From contig CAVRQM010000004.1 in the NCBI GenBank assembly GCA_963723455.1, positions 37,324 to 101,323 on the forward strand: a stretch of 64,000 nt of DNA, given 5' to 3'. The stretch is from an uncultured Pseudomonadota bacterium (GTDB taxonomy: Bacteria; Pseudomonadota; Alphaproteobacteria; Acetobacterales; Acetobacteraceae). Below the pieces are notes generated by a model. The model searched no databases and was not told where the DNA came from. It saw nothing but the letters and a program-made list of their open reading frames with translations. This document shows positions 50,351-62,846 of this stretch, piece after piece (the stretch's first letter is position 1; each line of letters begins with the position of its first letter). The translations under genes were made by a program, and so were the position numbers.

Positions 50351-51103
50351 ATGGCGGGACATTCGCAGTTCAAGAACATCATGCACCGCAAGGGCGCGCA
50401 GGATGCACGGCGCGCCCGGCAGTTCGCCAAGATGATCCGCGAGATCACCGTCTCGGCCCGGCAGGGTCTGCCGGACCCGGCCTCCAACCCGCGCCTGCGC
50501 ACCGCGATCTCAGCGGCGCGGGTGGCCAACATGCCGCGCGACACGATCGAGCGCGCCATCAAAAAGGCCGCGGGCGCGGCCGGGGGCGAGGACTACGCCG
50601 AGGTCCGCTATGAGGGCTATGGCCCGGCCGGCGTGGCGATCATCGTCGAGGCGCTGACCGACAACCGCAACCGCACCGCCTCGGACGTGCGCTCGGCCTT
50701 TGCCAAATACGGCGGCGCGCTGGGCGAGACGAACTCGGTGTCGTTCTTGTTCCAGCGGCTCGGCGTGGTGCGCTATCCGCCGGGCGCGGGCAGCGAGGAT
50801 GCGATGCTGGAGGTGGCGATCGAGGCCGGGGCGGAAGATGTTCGCAGCGTGCCGGATGGCCACGAGATCATCGCTTCCGTCGATGACTTTTTCGCCGTGC
50901 GCGACGCGCTGGAGCAGCGGTTCGGGCCGGCCGAGGAGGCCAGGCTGGACTGGCGCCCCACCACCGAGGTCACGCTGGACGAGGAGCGGGCGGCGTCGGT
51001 GCTGAAGCTGGTCGATGTGCTGGACGACAGCGACGACGTGCAGAACGTGTTCGCCAATTTCGACATCCCCGAGCCGGTGCTGCAGAAATTGTCGGCGGCA
51101 TGA
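50351..51103 (+). CDS. yebC: YebC/PmpR family DNA-binding transcriptional regulator
   Basis: [32 protein letters not shown]...[28 protein letters not shown]. Confidence 0.95.
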   Translation: MAGHSQFKNIMHRKGAQDARRARQFAKMIREITVSARQGLPDPASNPRLRTAISAARVANMPRDTIERAIKKAAGAAGGEDYAEVRYEGYGPAGVAIIVEALTDNRNRTASDVRSAFAKYGGALGETNSVSFLFQRLGVVRYPPGAGSEDAMLEVAIEAGAEDVRSVPDGHEIIASVDDFFAVRDALEQRFGPAEEARLDWRPTTEVTLDEERAASVLKLVDVLDDSDDVQNVFANFDIPEPVLQKLSAA

Positions 51104-51134
51104 TGGCCCGTGGTCGTTCCCGCAGCCGCCCGGC

Positions 51135-51641
51135 GTGATTCGGCTGCTGGGCATCGACCCGGGTTTGCGCTTCACCGGCTGGGGGCTGGTCGAGACCGAC
51201 GGCAACCGCCTGCGCCATTTGGCCGACGGGGTGATCGCCACCGACGGCGACGCCAGCGTGCCGGACCGGCTGCGCGCGCTGCACGAGGCGCTGGGCGCGC
51301 TGCTGGCCGCGCATCGGCCGCATGAGGCGGCGGTCGAGGAGACCTATGTCAACCGCAACGGCACGGCGACGCTGAAGCTGGGCTATGCGCGCGGGGTGGC
51401 GCTGCTGGCCCCGGCGCTGGCCGGGATTCCGGTGGCCGAGTATGGAGCGAAGGCGGTGAAGCTGGCGGTGGTCGGCACCGGCGGCGCGGCCAAGGACCAG
51501 GTGGAAATGATGGTTCGCCGCCTGCTGCCCGGCTGCCTTATCCGCCGCGCCGATGCCGCCGATGCGCTGGCGGTGGCGATCTGCCACGCTCACCACCGGG
51601 CGAGCCGGACGCGGTGGGATGCGGGCCGGCGGATGGCTTGA
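51135..51641 (+). CDS. ruvC: crossover junction endodeoxyribonuclease RuvC
   Basis: GTG start. IRLLGIDPGLRFTGWGLVE...EAAVEETYVNRNGTATLKLGYARG...DAADALAVAICHAH. Confidence 0.9.
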   Translation: MIRLLGIDPGLRFTGWGLVETDGNRLRHLADGVIATDGDASVPDRLRALHEALGALLAAHRPHEAAVEETYVNRNGTATLKLGYARGVALLAPALAGIPVAEYGAKAVKLAVVGTGGAAKDQVEMMVRRLLPGCLIRRADAADALAVAICHAHHRASRTRWDAGRRMA

Positions 51642-51643
51642 AT

Positions 51644-51923
51644 TCAGTGAATGAAGAGCTTGAGCAGGATTGCAAGAGACAGTGCCACAGAGGTTCCGCT
51701 CATCCAGCGGAGCAAGTTCTGCCCAGCTCGTCCAGCATCGATCTTGCGCTCCAGAACAAAGACTGCCTGATCAATCTTGCGGTCCAACCCGTCGAGCTGC
51801 CGTTCCGAACGGTTGACGCGATCGTCGTAGTTGGCAAGCACCTCAGCAGCCTTGCGCGCCCTTCTCGTCGCTTGCCCCTGCGTCGCGCAGGGCATCGTAT
51901 AGCTCGGTGACCATCGTCGTCAT
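51644..51923 (-). pseudogene. small coiled-coil protein with C-terminal TM anchor, one frameshift; wedged between ruvC and ruvA
   Basis: MTTMVTELYDALRDAGASDEK runs into a stop. The next frame continues ARKAAEVLANYDDRVNRSERQLDGLDRKIDQAVFVLERKIDAGRAGQNLLRWMSGTSVALSLAILLKLFIH. There is one extra base at about 51856-51863. Local GC is clearly below background. Confidence 0.6.
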
Positions 51924-51968
51924 GCCATCCTGGTACTCGCGAACGCTCGCAGCGCCGACGGCGAACCC

Positions 51969-52571
51969 GTGATCGCCCAGCTCACCGGCAAGATAGGTCT
52001 GATCGAGACCGATCGCTGCATCGTCGATGTGGGTGGGGTCGGCTACCTGGTGCAGGCCTCGACCCGCACGCTGGCCGCCCTGCCGTCCGGCACGGTGGTC
52101 ACGGTGCTGACCGAGATGCAGGTGCGCGAGGACGCCATCACCCTGTTCGGCTTCGCCGACGGCGCCGAGCGCGAGTGGTTCCGCCTGCTGCTGACGGTGC
52201 AGGGCGTGGGGGCCAGGGTGGCGCTGAACATCCTGTCCGCCCTGTCGCCGCGCGAGCTGGTGGCCGCCATCCAGGCCGGCGATCGCGGCGCGCTGACCCG
52301 GGCGGCGGGCGTGGGGGTGAAGCTCGCGGTGCGGCTGCTGACCGAACTGCGCGAGCGCGCCGGGGCGATGCCGACCGGCATCGGCTTTTCGGCGGTGCTG
52401 CAGTCGGCGGCCGGCGGGGTCGAGGCGGACGCGCTTTCGGCGCTGGCCAATCTAGGTTATCGCCGCGTTGAGGCAGCGCCGGTCGTCGCCCGGGTGCTGG
52501 ACCGTCTCGGCGATGGCGCGGCAGCCGGCAGCGTGATCCGGGAGGCGCTGCGCGAGCTGGCGCCGCGATGA
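51969..52571 (+). CDS. ruvA: Holliday junction DNA helicase subunit RuvA
   Basis: GTG start. IAQLTGKIGLIETDRCIVDVGGVGYLV...FGFADGAEREWFRLLLTVQGVGARVALNILS. Confidence 0.95.
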   Translation: MIAQLTGKIGLIETDRCIVDVGGVGYLVQASTRTLAALPSGTVVTVLTEMQVREDAITLFGFADGAEREWFRLLLTVQGVGARVALNILSALSPRELVAAIQAGDRGALTRAAGVGVKLAVRLLTELRERAGAMPTGIGFSAVLQSAAGGVEADALSALANLGYRRVEAAPVVARVLDRLGDGAAAGSVIREALRELAPR

Positions 52572-52710
52572 GAGCCGGCCTCCCCGGTTGTGGCGACCCG
52601 CCCCTTGACGTGCCAGCGGACATCGCGGCTCCCGCGCTGCTCGGCCCACTGGATCTGCCGCGCCGCCGCGGCGATGCTGGCCGGTGTTCCGGCAACAGGG
52701 ATGGCCCACC

Positions 52711-54510
52711 ATGAACCGCTTCTCCGTGGCCCCGCTGCACGCGATGACCCGCCGCCTGGCTGACGTCGCGTCCGGCCGGCGCGCGCCGAACTCGGTCATC
52801 ACCGGCGCGCGCGTGCTCTCCACCTATACCGAGCGTGTGCTGGCGGACCGCGAGGTGTGGATCGCGGGCGGCCGGATCGCGGCGGTCAAGCCGGCCGGGG
52901 CCTGCCCGCGCGACAGCGGGGCGGCGTTCCATGACGTGCAGGGCGGCCTGCTGGCGCCCGGCCTGGTGGATCCGCATCTGCATATCGAAAGCAGCATGAT
53001 GACCGCCTGCGCCTATGCCGAGGCGGCGCTGCTGAACGGCACCACCACGATCTTCTGCGACAGTCACGAGATCGGCAACGTGTGCGACCGGCAGGGCGTG
53101 GAGTGGATGCTGGCCGATGCGCGCGAGGCGCCGCTCAACATCTTCCTCACCGTGCCCAGCACCGTGCCGGCCACGTCGGCGGCGTTCGAGACCGCGGGCG
53201 GCGACCTGACCGCGGACAAGATCGGCGCGATCTTCGACGCCTGGCCGGAAGCCGTGGGGCTGGGCGAGAAGATGGACTTCGTGCAGGTGACGCAGGGCGA
53301 CGCGCGCAGCCACGCGATCCTGGCCGCCGCCCTGTCGCGCGGCCGGCCGGTCAGCGGGCATATCTACGGGCGCGAGTTCGTCGCCGCCTATGCCGCGAGC
53401 GGCGTCACCGACACGCACGAGGCCATCGATCGCGACATCGCGCTCGACCTGCTTGAGGCCGGCGTCTGGATCTTCCTGCGCGGCGGGCCGCCGACGACGC
53501 CGTGGCACAGCCTGCCGCAGGCGATCCGCGCCATCACCGAGCTGGGCGCCGATCCCAAGCGCGTCGCGGTCTGCACCGACGACCGCGACGCCGACGACCT
53601 GTTCGCCTTCGGACTGGATTGGGTGGTGCGCGAGGCGGTGCGCGCCGGCATCGCCCCGGCGCGCGCCTGGAGCTTTGGTTCGCTGCATGGCGCGACCCGG
53701 TTCGGCATGGATGGCGAGCTGGGCGGGCTGGGCGGGGGGCGGCGGGCGGATCTGGTGCTGCTGGACGACTCGCTGCGCCCGCACAGCACCTGGTACGGCG
53801 GCGAGCTGGTGGTACGGGACCGGACGATCACGCCGGCGCTGGAGGCGCAGCTGGCGACGCAGCGCTACGTCTATCCCGATGCCGCGTATCGCACGGTGCA
53901 TGTGCCGCCCGGCGTCCGGCTGACGCCGGAGCTGCCGCGCGCCGCCTGCCGCGTGAACGCGATCCGCGCGGCGCTGCCCGGCATCGTGCTGTTCCATTCG
54001 GTCGTGACGCTGGAGGGGGCCGAGGCGTGGGACGCGCATCTGGAGCGGCATCGCCTGTGTTTCGTCAGCGTGGTCGAGCGGCACGGCCTGGGCGGCAATG
54101 TCGCGCACGGGCTGCTGCAGGATTTCGGGCTGGTGTCGGGCGCGGTGGCCAGCAGCGTCGGGCACGACGCGCACAACATCATCGTCGCCGGCCGCGACGA
54201 GGCCGACATGCAGCTGGCGCTCGCCACCGTCGCGGCCGACCGCGGCGGGGTCGCCGTGGTGCGCGACGGCGCGGTGCTCGCGCGCGTCGCGCTGCCGGTC
54301 GCCGGGCTGCTGTCCGACCGGCGCGCGCCGGAAGTGGCGGAGCAGACCGCGGCGCTGAAGCGGGCTTGGAACGAGCTTGGCTGCACGCTGCCGTACATGG
54401 GCTTCAACCTGATCCCGCTATCGGTGATCCCCGAGATCCGGCTGACCGACAAGGGCCTGGTCACCGTGCCCGGCATGCAGATCCTGCCGCTGCTGGAGGC
54501 GGCGGACTGA
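52711..54510 (+). CDS. ade: adenine deaminase
   Basis: About 599 aa, intact. [13 protein letters not shown]...[12 protein letters not shown]...THEA...[11 protein letters not shown]...[21 protein letters not shown]. An upstream ATG at 52684 is also possible. Confidence 0.85.
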   Translation: MNRFSVAPLHAMTRRLADVASGRRAPNSVITGARVLSTYTERVLADREVWIAGGRIAAVKPAGACPRDSGAAFHDVQGGLLAPGLVDPHLHIESSMMTACAYAEAALLNGTTTIFCDSHEIGNVCDRQGVEWMLADAREAPLNIFLTVPSTVPATSAAFETAGGDLTADKIGAIFDAWPEAVGLGEKMDFVQVTQGDARSHAILAAALSRGRPVSGHIYGREFVAAYAASGVTDTHEAIDRDIALDLLEAGVWIFLRGGPPTTPWHSLPQAIRAITELGADPKRVAVCTDDRDADDLFAFGLDWVVREAVRAGIAPARAWSFGSLHGATRFGMDGELGGLGGGRRADLVLLDDSLRPHSTWYGGELVVRDRTITPALEAQLATQRYVYPDAAYRTVHVPPGVRLTPELPRAACRVNAIRAALPGIVLFHSVVTLEGAEAWDAHLERHRLCFVSVVERHGLGGNVAHGLLQDFGLVSGAVASSVGHDAHNIIVAGRDEADMQLALATVAADRGGVAVVRDGAVLARVALPVAGLLSDRRAPEVAEQTAALKRAWNELGCTLPYMGFNLIPLSVIPEIRLTDKGLVTVPGMQILPLLEAAD

Positions 54511-54515
54511 CCCGG

Positions 54516-55797
54516 CTATGGCGGGGCGGCCAGCAATAGCCGGTTGGCGGCGACCAGACGCGACGCGGTCTGGCTCCAGGCGTGGCGGAACGCCGGCTCC
54601 GGCGTGCCGCGCGCCGCCAGCGCCGTGCCGATCCCGGCCACGCTGCGCCGCCCGTCCACCAGCCGCAGCATGGCAGCGGCCAAGGGCGGCAACGGGAGAG
54701 CGGTGGCCAGCGCCTCGCAGCTGAACGGCAGCACCCCGTCGGCGCGGATCGCCGCCGCCAGCGCCTCGCCGGCGCCCTCGCGCGCCACCGGCACCGCATC
54801 CGGCGCGGCCAGGTCGGGCGGCGGCGGCCGGTCGGCGGCGCGCACGCAATAGACGACGTGCGTGCTCATTGTTCCCGACAGCGCCTCGGCCAGCGCCGCG
54901 CGCGCAGCGCCATCCAGGGCCGAAGCGCGCGCCCGCAATCTCGGGTCCGGCAGGTAGGCGTCGGGGTCGTAGCGCAGCGGCTCCATCAGGCAGGTCGCCG
55001 CCAGCCCGGCCCCGTCCAGCAGGCGCAGCAGCCGGTCGATGGTGAAGGCCTGGTCGCGCGGGTTCAGCAGCAGGTCGAACAGGCCGGCGTCGCCGCCGGC
55101 GAGATGGTCGGTGACCGAGCGGTTCTGCGGCAGCCACGCGCCGTGCGGCAGGTGGCGCAGCACGCGCCGGGCCACGTCCAGCCGCTCGATCGGCGGCTGG
55201 TCCTGCGGCGCCAGCAACCGGAGCGCGTCCTGGACCATGTACACGCCGGTGCGCCCGTGCGGCGCATAGACCATCAGGCCCATGCCGCCGCCGGGCGCCA
55301 GCACCCCGGCCAGCGCCGCAAGCCCCGCCGCCGGATCGGGCAAGTGGTGCAGCACGCCGCAACAATCGATGTAGTCGAACGGCGGCAGCCCCATCAGCGG
55401 CAGGTCCAGCAGCGAGCCGTGCCGCCACTCGACCAGGTCCTGCAGCCCGCGCGCCGCGATGCGTTCGCGCGCCACCGCCATCGCCGCCGCCGAGCGGTCG
55501 AGATACACGAGTTCGTCCGTCGCGCCGCTCGCCCGCGAGCTGGGCGGCCAGCATCACCAGCGCGTCGCCGGTGCCGCCGCCGGCGACCAGCGCCCGCAGC
55601 GGCCGCGCGCGCGACCGGCGGACGGCGAACACGTGATGGTCGATCTCGCGCAGGTGGCTCGGGCTGCCGATCAGCAGCCGCCTGGCTTCGTCGCGCGGAT
55701 CGCGTTGCGGATACGGGAACGCCTCGGTACTGGGCGGCGAGGCGGTCGTCAGACGGGTCGGCCACCCTGTCGTCTCCTTGGGCCGGGAACACTGCAT
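54516..55797 (-). pseudogene. class I SAM-dependent methyltransferase with C-terminal extension, one frameshift
   Basis: The N-part (…EAFPYPQRDPRDEARRLLIGSPSHLREIDHHVF...ALVAGGGTGDALVMLAAQL) is in the 56046 frame. The continuation (RASGATDELVYLDRSAAAMAVARERIAARGL...DYIDCCGVLHHLPDP...) is in the 55508-54516 frame. The join is at about 55535-55541. Confidence 0.75.
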
Positions 55798-55885
55798 AAA
55801 AAGGACCGCCGGCGCGGCGCATGCAACCGTGCCGCACGCGGATTGGCTTGTTGATCCGCCCAGACGGCCACGCCATATTCCGCGC

Positions 55886-58100
55886 ATGCCCAGTGGATCG
55901 CCCCACGACGAGCTGGACCTGCTGCGCGCCGAGGCGCGCGTGCTGAACATGGTGGCGATCGGCGCCGGGCTGGCCGAGACGCTCGACGCGCTGGTCGCCG
56001 CGGTCGAGGCGCAGGAGCCGGGGTTGCGCTGCGGCATCCTCATCACGGCCGAGGACGGCGCCTGTTTTCGTCGCGGCGTCGGCGCGACCCTGCCGGAACG
56101 CTACCACGCGGCGCTGGACGGCATTTCCATCCTGCCGCCCTATCTGGGCGCCTGCGGCGAGTTCTGCCGATCTGGGCGAGCCGGTCATCGTGCCCGACAT
56201 CGCCCATGAGCGCCGCTATCCGGCGGAGTGGCGGGCGCTGCTGGCCAGCTGCGGCCTGGCCGCGATGCGGTCAACTCCGGTGCGCGGCGCCGATGGCCGG
56301 GTCCTCGGCTCGTTCGCGATGTATTTCGACGCGCCGCGCGATCCCACGCCGGCAAACCCGGAGTTGCCGGGCATCGCCGCGCGGCTTGCCGCGATTGCCT
56401 TGCAGCGCGCCGGGGAAGCGTCCGCGATGCGCCAGGAGATCGCCGCCCGGCGCGAGGTCGAGGCGGCGCTGCGCGCCCAGCAGGCGCAGCTGCGGGCGGT
56501 GATCGAGACCGTGCCCGCGGCGGTGTGGTTCACCCACGACCCCGATGCGAGCCGCGTCGGCGGCAATGCCGAGGCGGCCAAGCTGCTGCGCATGCCGGAA
56601 GCCGCCAATTCCTCGTTGACCGGCTCGCCGGAGCAGCGCCCGACGCATTTCCGCCTGATCCGGAATGGTGCGGACATCCCGCCCGAGCGGCTGCCGATGC
56701 AACGCGCGGCGCGCGGCGAGACGGTGGCCGCCGAGGAGCTGGAACTGGTCTTTCAGGACGGCTCCTCGGCGCACATCCTGGCCCGCGCCACCCCGCTGCG
56801 CGACACGACGGGGGCGCTGGCCGGCGCGGTGTGCGCGGCGCTGGACATCACCGAGCGCAAGCGCGCCGAGACGGCGCTGCGCCACTCCGAGGAGGAGTTC
56901 CGCGCGCTCGGCGAGAACCTGCCGAACCTATGCTGGATGGCGCGGGCGGATGGCGGGATTTACTGGTACAACCGCGGCTGGTACGACTACACGGGCGCCA
57001 CGCCCGAGCAGATGGAAGGCTGGGGCTGGCGGTCGGTGCATGACCCGGCGGTGCTGCCGGAGGTGATGCGGCGCTGGACCGAGGCGATCGCGGCCGGGGC
57101 CGCGTTCGAGATGACGTTCCCGCTGCGTGGCGCGGACGGCGTGTTCCGCCCGTTCCTGACCCGCATCGTGCCGGTGCGCGATGCCGCCGGCTGCATCACC
57201 CGCTGGTTCGGCAACAACGTCGAGATCAGCGAGCAGCAGCGCACCGAGGCGGCTCTTCGCCTGAGCAAGGAGGCGTTGCGGCGGCTGAACGAACAGCTTG
57301 GCGCGCGCGTCGCCGAGGCGGTCGCGGCGCGCGAGCAGGCGCAGCAGCGGCTGGCGCACGCGCAGCGGATGGAGGCGCTGGGTCAGCTTGCCGGGGGCAT
57401 GGCGCACGACTTCAACAATGTGCTGCAGGCGGTGCTGGGCGGCCTGCGCCTGATCGAGCGGCGGGCGGGCGACGCCGGCGCGGTGGACCAGGTGGCCCGC
57501 ATGATCGGCGAGGCGGTCGAGCGCGGCGGCCGTGTCACCGCGCGCCTGCTGAGCTTCGCGCGCAAGGGCGAGCTGCAGGCGGCCCCGGTGCCGGCGGCGG
57601 CGCTGCTGGAGGGGATGCGGGAGATGCTGGCGGCGACGCTGGGCGCGCCGATCGCCGTCGAGGTCGTCGCCGACGCGGACGCGCCGCCGCTGGTGGCCGA
57701 CAAGGCGCAGCTCGAGACGGTGCTGGTCAACCTGGCCGTGAACGCCCGTGATGCCATGCCGGAGGGCGGCACGCTGACCCTCTCGGTCGTGCCTGACGCC
57801 GTTGCGGACGCCGCGCACCCGGCCGGGCTGGCGCCGGGCGAGTATGTGCGGCTTGAACTGGCGGACACCGGCCTCGGCATGGATGCGGCGGTGCTGGCGC
57901 GCGCCTCGGAGCCGTTCTTCACCACCAAGCCTGATGGCGAGGGCACCGGCCTGGGCCTGGCGATGGCGCGCGGGTTCGCCGAGCAGTCCGGCGGCGGCTT
58001 CGCCATCAGCAGCGCGCCGGGGCAGGGCACCACGGTCAGCCTATGGTTCCCGCAGGTCCAGGCCGCTGCGCAGCGGGAGCAGGCGCAGGCGGCGGATTGA
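55886..58100 (+). pseudogene. GAF-PAS-PAS sensor histidine kinase, one frameshift inside the GAF domain
   Basis: MPSGSPHDELDLLRAEARVLNMVAIG...PPYLGACGE is in one frame. ...ADLGEPVIVPDIAHERRYPAEWRALL..., the PAS modules, H-box MEALGQLAGGMAHDFNNVL and the ATPase domain (GTGLGLA) are in the 56190-58100 frame. The join is at about 56150-56170. Confidence 0.8.
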
Positions 58101-58164
58101 TCCGGGCGCATGCGATCGGCCGGCTCGGCTTGTCGCCGGGGTGCGGCGCTCGTATCTCTGCGCC

Positions 58165-58728
58165 ATGCGCTCCCTGACTGTCCTTTTGCTGCTGCCGCTG
58201 GCGGCATCCGTCCTGGCTGCGCCCGCGCTGGCGCAGTCGAAGAAGCCGGCGATAGCTTCGAAGCGGCCGGCTGCGGCCGCGGCGGGACCGCACGCCATCG
58301 GCTATTTCGATGACTGGACCGCCGCCGTCCATCGCGAGGCGGGGGAGAAAGTCTGCTATGCCTTCACCCGCGCCGCCAGTTCGACCCCGGCCATCGCCGG
58401 GCGCGGCGACGTGGTGCTGACCGTCACCGAACGGCCGGCAAGCCGCGACGTGGTGGCGATCAGCGCCGGGTTCGCCTATTCGCGCAACGCTTCGGTCAGT
58501 GTGGGCATCGAGCAGACCAGCATGGATTTCTACACCGCGCAGCGCTCGGCCTTCGCCCGCGATGGCCATGCCGCCGCGCAGGCGTTCCAGCGCGGCCGGC
58601 TGGTGATCGCCCGCTCGCCCGGCCCGCGCGGGCAGATCGTCTCCGACCATTTCAGCTTGCGCGGCTTCTCGGCCGCCTATGCGGCAATCGGCCGCGCCTG
58701 TCCGCCCGGCAAGGGAGCCGCGTCGTGA
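58165..58728 (+). CDS. invasion-associated locus B (IalB) family protein
   Basis: Signal [48 protein letters not shown]... Confidence 0.75.
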   Translation: MRSLTVLLLLPLAASVLAAPALAQSKKPAIASKRPAAAAAGPHAIGYFDDWTAAVHREAGEKVCYAFTRAASSTPAIAGRGDVVLTVTERPASRDVVAISAGFAYSRNASVSVGIEQTSMDFYTAQRSAFARDGHAAAQAFQRGRLVIARSPGPRGQIVSDHFSLRGFSAAYAAIGRACPPGKGAAS

Positions 58729-59903
58729 GCGCCGCCCTGAGTGCTGCCGCCCTGAGTGCTGCCGAGCGCGACCGCATCCTGGCCAAGACGGCGCGCTTCG
58801 ACCCGCCGCCGCCGGTGCTTGGGGACGGGCGCCGCGAGCTGGTCGGGCTGAGCCGCGCCGAGCTGGGCGAGGCGCTGGCCGGGATCGGCGAGAAGTCGTT
58901 CCGCGCCAAGCAGCTCTGGCACTGGATCTACCATCAGGGCGCGACCGACTTCTCGCGCATGTCGAGCATCGCGCGGCCGTTGCAGCAGCGTCTGGCCGAG
59001 CATTTCGTCATCGGCCGGCCCGAGGTGGGCCTGATGCAGACCAGCGCCGATCAGACCCGCAAATGGCTGTTCCGCTTCCGCGACGGGCAGCAGGCGGAGA
59101 CCGTGTACATCCCGGACCCGGCGGAGGATCGCGGCGCGGTCTGCATCTCCAGCCAGGTCGGCTGCACGCTGTCATGCCGGTTCTGTCACACCGGCACGCA
59201 GGCGCTGGTGCGCAATCTGGGATCGGCCGAGATCGTCGGACAGTTCATGGCCGCACGCGACGCCTATGGCGAGTGGCCCAGCCCGAAGGGCGAGACGCCA
59301 CGCCTGCTCTCGACGATCGTGCTGATGGGCATGGGCGAGCCGCTGTACAACTATGAGAACGTCGCCCGCGCCATGGCCATCGTCATGGACCATGAGGGCA
59401 TCGGGCTGTCGCGGCGGCGGATCACGCTGTCCACATCTGGCGTGGTGCCGATGATGGACCGCGCCGGAGCCGAGCTTGGGGTGAACCTGGCGGTGTCGCT
59501 GCATGCCGTGCGCGACGATTTGCGCGACGAGCTGGTGCCGCTGAACCGCAAGTATCCGATTGCCGAGCTGATCGCCGCGTGCCGGCGCTATCCGGGCGCG
59601 TCCAACGCCCGGCGGATAACCTTCGAGTACGTCATGCTGAAGGGCGTCAACGACAGCGAGGCCGACGCGCGCGAGCTGGTGCGGCTGATCGCGGGGATCC
59701 CGGCGAAGGTCAACCTGATCCCGTTCAATCCGTGGCCCGGCAGCGCGTTTTCGACCAGCGAGCCGGCAGCCATTACGCGGTTCTCACAAATCGTGATGGA
59801 CGCGGGCTTCGCCTCCCCCGTGCGCAGTCCGCGCGGCCGTGACATCCTGGCGGCCTGTGGCCAGCTTCGTACCGAGGGGCAGCGCGTCCCGCTGCGAGGC
59901 TAG
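58725..59903 (+). CDS. rlmN: 23S rRNA / tRNA m2A methyltransferase RlmN (radical SAM)
   Basis: GTG start overlapping the upstream stop. [11 protein letters not shown]...[18 protein letters not shown]...VLMGMGEPL...[10 protein letters not shown]...[11 protein letters not shown]. Confidence 0.95.
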   Translation: MSAALSAAALSAAERDRILAKTARFDPPPPVLGDGRRELVGLSRAELGEALAGIGEKSFRAKQLWHWIYHQGATDFSRMSSIARPLQQRLAEHFVIGRPEVGLMQTSADQTRKWLFRFRDGQQAETVYIPDPAEDRGAVCISSQVGCTLSCRFCHTGTQALVRNLGSAEIVGQFMAARDAYGEWPSPKGETPRLLSTIVLMGMGEPLYNYENVARAMAIVMDHEGIGLSRRRITLSTSGVVPMMDRAGAELGVNLAVSLHAVRDDLRDELVPLNRKYPIAELIAACRRYPGASNARRITFEYVMLKGVNDSEADARELVRLIAGIPAKVNLIPFNPWPGSAFSTSEPAAITRFSQIVMDAGFASPVRSPRGRDILAACGQLRTEGQRVPLRG

Positions 59904-59934
59904 GCGCCGCATGGCGACCTGAGCTGGAGCAGAC

Positions 59935-62790
59935 GTGGCCGATGACGTCGAGGACGAGCTGACGCGGCTGCGCCGGCAGAACGCCACGCTGGCCGCGCAA
60001 CTCGGCCGCCAGCGGCAGTCCGATGTCGCGCACCAGGTGGACGAGGCGGCGCTGCACGCCAGCGAGCGGCGGCTGCGCGACACGCTGGAAAGCATCGAGG
60101 ACGCATTCCTGCTGGTCAGCCGCGATTGGCAGGTGATCGACCTCAACATGCATACCGTTCGCATGGCCGGGCGGCCCGCCTCTCGCCTGGTCGGGCGCAA
60201 CCTGTTCGAGTTGTGGCCGGAGGCCGCCGGCGCGATGGAGGCGGCGCTGCGCCGGGCCATGGCCGAGCGCCGGCCCGACCGGATCGTCTATCATCGCCGC
60301 CGGGACGATCGCGACCGCTGGCTCGACCTGCGGATCTTCCCCACCGCGCAGGGCCTGACACTGTTCTTCCGCGACACCACCGAGCAGGAGGAGGCGCGGC
60401 AGCGGCTGGCGCGGGCCGAGAGCAGCGCCCGCCTGGCGGTCGAGGCGGCTCGGCTGGGGGTCTGGAGCTATGAGCCGCTGAGCAACGTTTTGCAGTGCGA
60501 TGCCCGCAAGCGCGCCATGTTCGGGCTGCGGCCGGATGAGCCGGTGGACTTCGACACTCTGCTTGTGCGGATCCACCCCGATGACCGCGCGCGCTTCGGG
60601 GCGGCGATGGAAGCGACGATGGACCCGGCCGGCGGCGGCGACATCGTGCAGGAATACCGTGCGATCGGCACGAGCGATGGCGGCGAGCGCTGGCTCGCGG
60701 TCATGGGACAGGCGCAGTTCGAACATGGCCGCTGCGTGCGCGTGGACGGCGTGGTGCAGGACATCACCGAGCGACGCCGCGCGGACGCGGCGCTGGCCGA
60801 GAGCGAGGGGCGATTCCGCGCCATCGCCGAGGCGACCCCCGGCCTCGTGTTCGTGGCCGACGCCGCCGGCCTGAATACCTACGTCAACCCGCAGTTCTGC
60901 GAATTCACCGGCCTGCCGCAATCCGCCCTGCTGGGGGACGGCTGGATGCAGGCGGTGCATCCCGACGACCGTGCCCGCTCGGCCGCCAACTGGATGGACG
61001 CGGTGCGGTCCGGGCAGGCGTATCAGGTGGAGCAGCGGCTGCGCAGGAGCGACGGCGCCTATCAATGGTTTCTCTGCCGGGGGGTGGCGCTGCGCCAGCC
61101 GGGCCGCCTGCCGGGCAGCGAGGGGCGCATCGTGCAATGGTTCGGCACCGGCGCCGATATCGAGGATCTGGTTGCGGCCCGGCAGGTGCTGGCGCGCGAC
61201 CGCACTGCGTTGGAAAGGCTGGTTGCCGAGCGCACCGCGGCGCTGGGCGCCACGCTGGGGCGGCTGCGCGAGGAGGAGGCGCGGCTGCGCGCGCTGTTCC
61301 TGCACTCCAGCGAATGTCTGTATCTGCTGCGAGTCGAGCCGGGACGCGGCCCGGTGTTCCTGGCCGTCAACCCGCCAGGCGAGGCGGTGCTGGGTCGCCC
61401 GCTCGCCGAGATCATCGGTCGCACGCCGGCCGAGCTGGCGAGCAGCGAGACGGAAGCGCGGGAGATCGACGCAAACCTGGCCGCGGCGCTGGCGCCCGGA
61501 GCCGGGCCGCATCGCTATTCCGCGCGCCGCAGCTATGGCCGCGAGCAGCGGCTGCTGGAGGCGGTGGCGGTAGCGCTGGATGGTCCTGGGGATGAACGGC
61601 TGGTCCTGATCACCGCGCGCGACGTGACCGGGCAGCGGGCGTTGGAGGAGGCGCTGCGGCAAAGTCACAAGATGGACGCGATCGGCCAGTTGACCGGCGG
61701 CATCGCGCACGACTTCAACAATCTGCTGACCGGCATCGGCGGCAGCCTGGAGCTGATCCGTAGCCGCGCCGCGGCCGGGCGCGTGACCGAGATCGAGCGC
61801 CATGTCGGGGCCGCCGCGGAATCGGTGCGGCGCGCGGCGGCGCTGACGCATCGGCTGCTGGCCTTCGCCCGCCGTCAGGCGCTGGACCCGAAGCCCTGCC
61901 GACCTCAATCGCCTGGTGGCCGGGATGCGCGAGCTGGTGGCCAGGACGGTTGGGCCGTCGATCGTCGTCGAGACGGCGCTGGACCCGGATCTGTGGCCGG
62001 CGCTGTGCGACGCCAACCAGATGGAAAACGCGCTGCTGAACCTGTGCCTCAACGCGCGCGACGCGATGCCGGACGGCGGCACGCTGCGGATCGGGACGGC
62101 GAACGTCCCGGCGGCGGGCGACGCTGAAGCATGCGTCGGGGTCCGATGCCGTCTCCATCAGCGTGACCGACAGTGGATGCGGTATGGACGCCGAAGTCGC
62201 CGCGCGCGCCTTCGAGCCGTTCTTCACCACCAAGCCGATCGGCCAGGGCACCGGGCTCGGGCTGTCGATGCTGTACGGCTTCGTGCGCCAGTCCGGCGGC
62301 CAAGCGAGGCTGCACAGCCAGCCGGGCCAGGGGACGACGGTGCGGGTTGCCCTGCCGCGCCATCACGGGACCGGTCCACGAGTTGGACGCAACGCCCGCA
62401 AAGCCGGCGACAGCCGTGCCGGCCAGAGCTCGGGCGTCCTGGTGGTCGAGGACGAGCAGCTGGTGCGCAGCCTGGCGGTGGAGGTGCTGGAGGAGCAGGG
62501 ATATGCGCGTGCTCGAGGCGGCCGACGCGATCGCGGCGCTGGAGATCCTGCGGCGTGACGAGCCGGTGGATCTGCTGCTGACCGATGTCGGGCTGCCCGG
62601 CATGAACGGGCGGCAGCTGGCCGATGCGGCGCGCGTCCAGCGGCCGCAGCTCAAGGTGCTGCTGATTACCGGCTACGCGCACAATGCCGGCGGATCGGCC
62701 GGGCTGGTGGGGCCGGGGATGGAACTGCTGGGCAAGCCGTTCGGGCTGGAGACGCTGACCAGCCGGGTGCGGGCGATGCTGGCCGGGTGA
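59935..62790 (+). pseudogene. multi-PAS hybrid sensor histidine kinase / response regulator, about 3 frame changes
   Basis: The PAS modules and H-box [19 protein letters not shown] are in the 59935 frame. LVAGMRELVARTVGPSIVVE...NLCLNARDAMPDGGTL is in the 61916 frame. VTDSGCGMDAEVAARAFEPFFTTKPIGQGTGLGLS...VLVVEDE is in the 62163 frame. The receiver tail VLEAADAIAALEIL...LLLTDVGLPGMNG is in the 62173 frame. Joins are at about 61900, 62130-62160 and 62505. Confidence 0.8.
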
Positions 62791-62846
62791 ACGCGGCGCC
62801 GGCTCTTGCTGCGCCGGCCCGGCTGCTTCTCTGCTGCGGATTGCGC

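Noticed and set aside
52568-52711. 47-codon ORF overlapping the ruvA stop, considered as a remnant of the ruvB 5' end.
   Set aside because: Similarity to RuvB N-termini is limited to a vague A-L-x-x-P-x-L-D pattern. This is too weak without an alignment tool.
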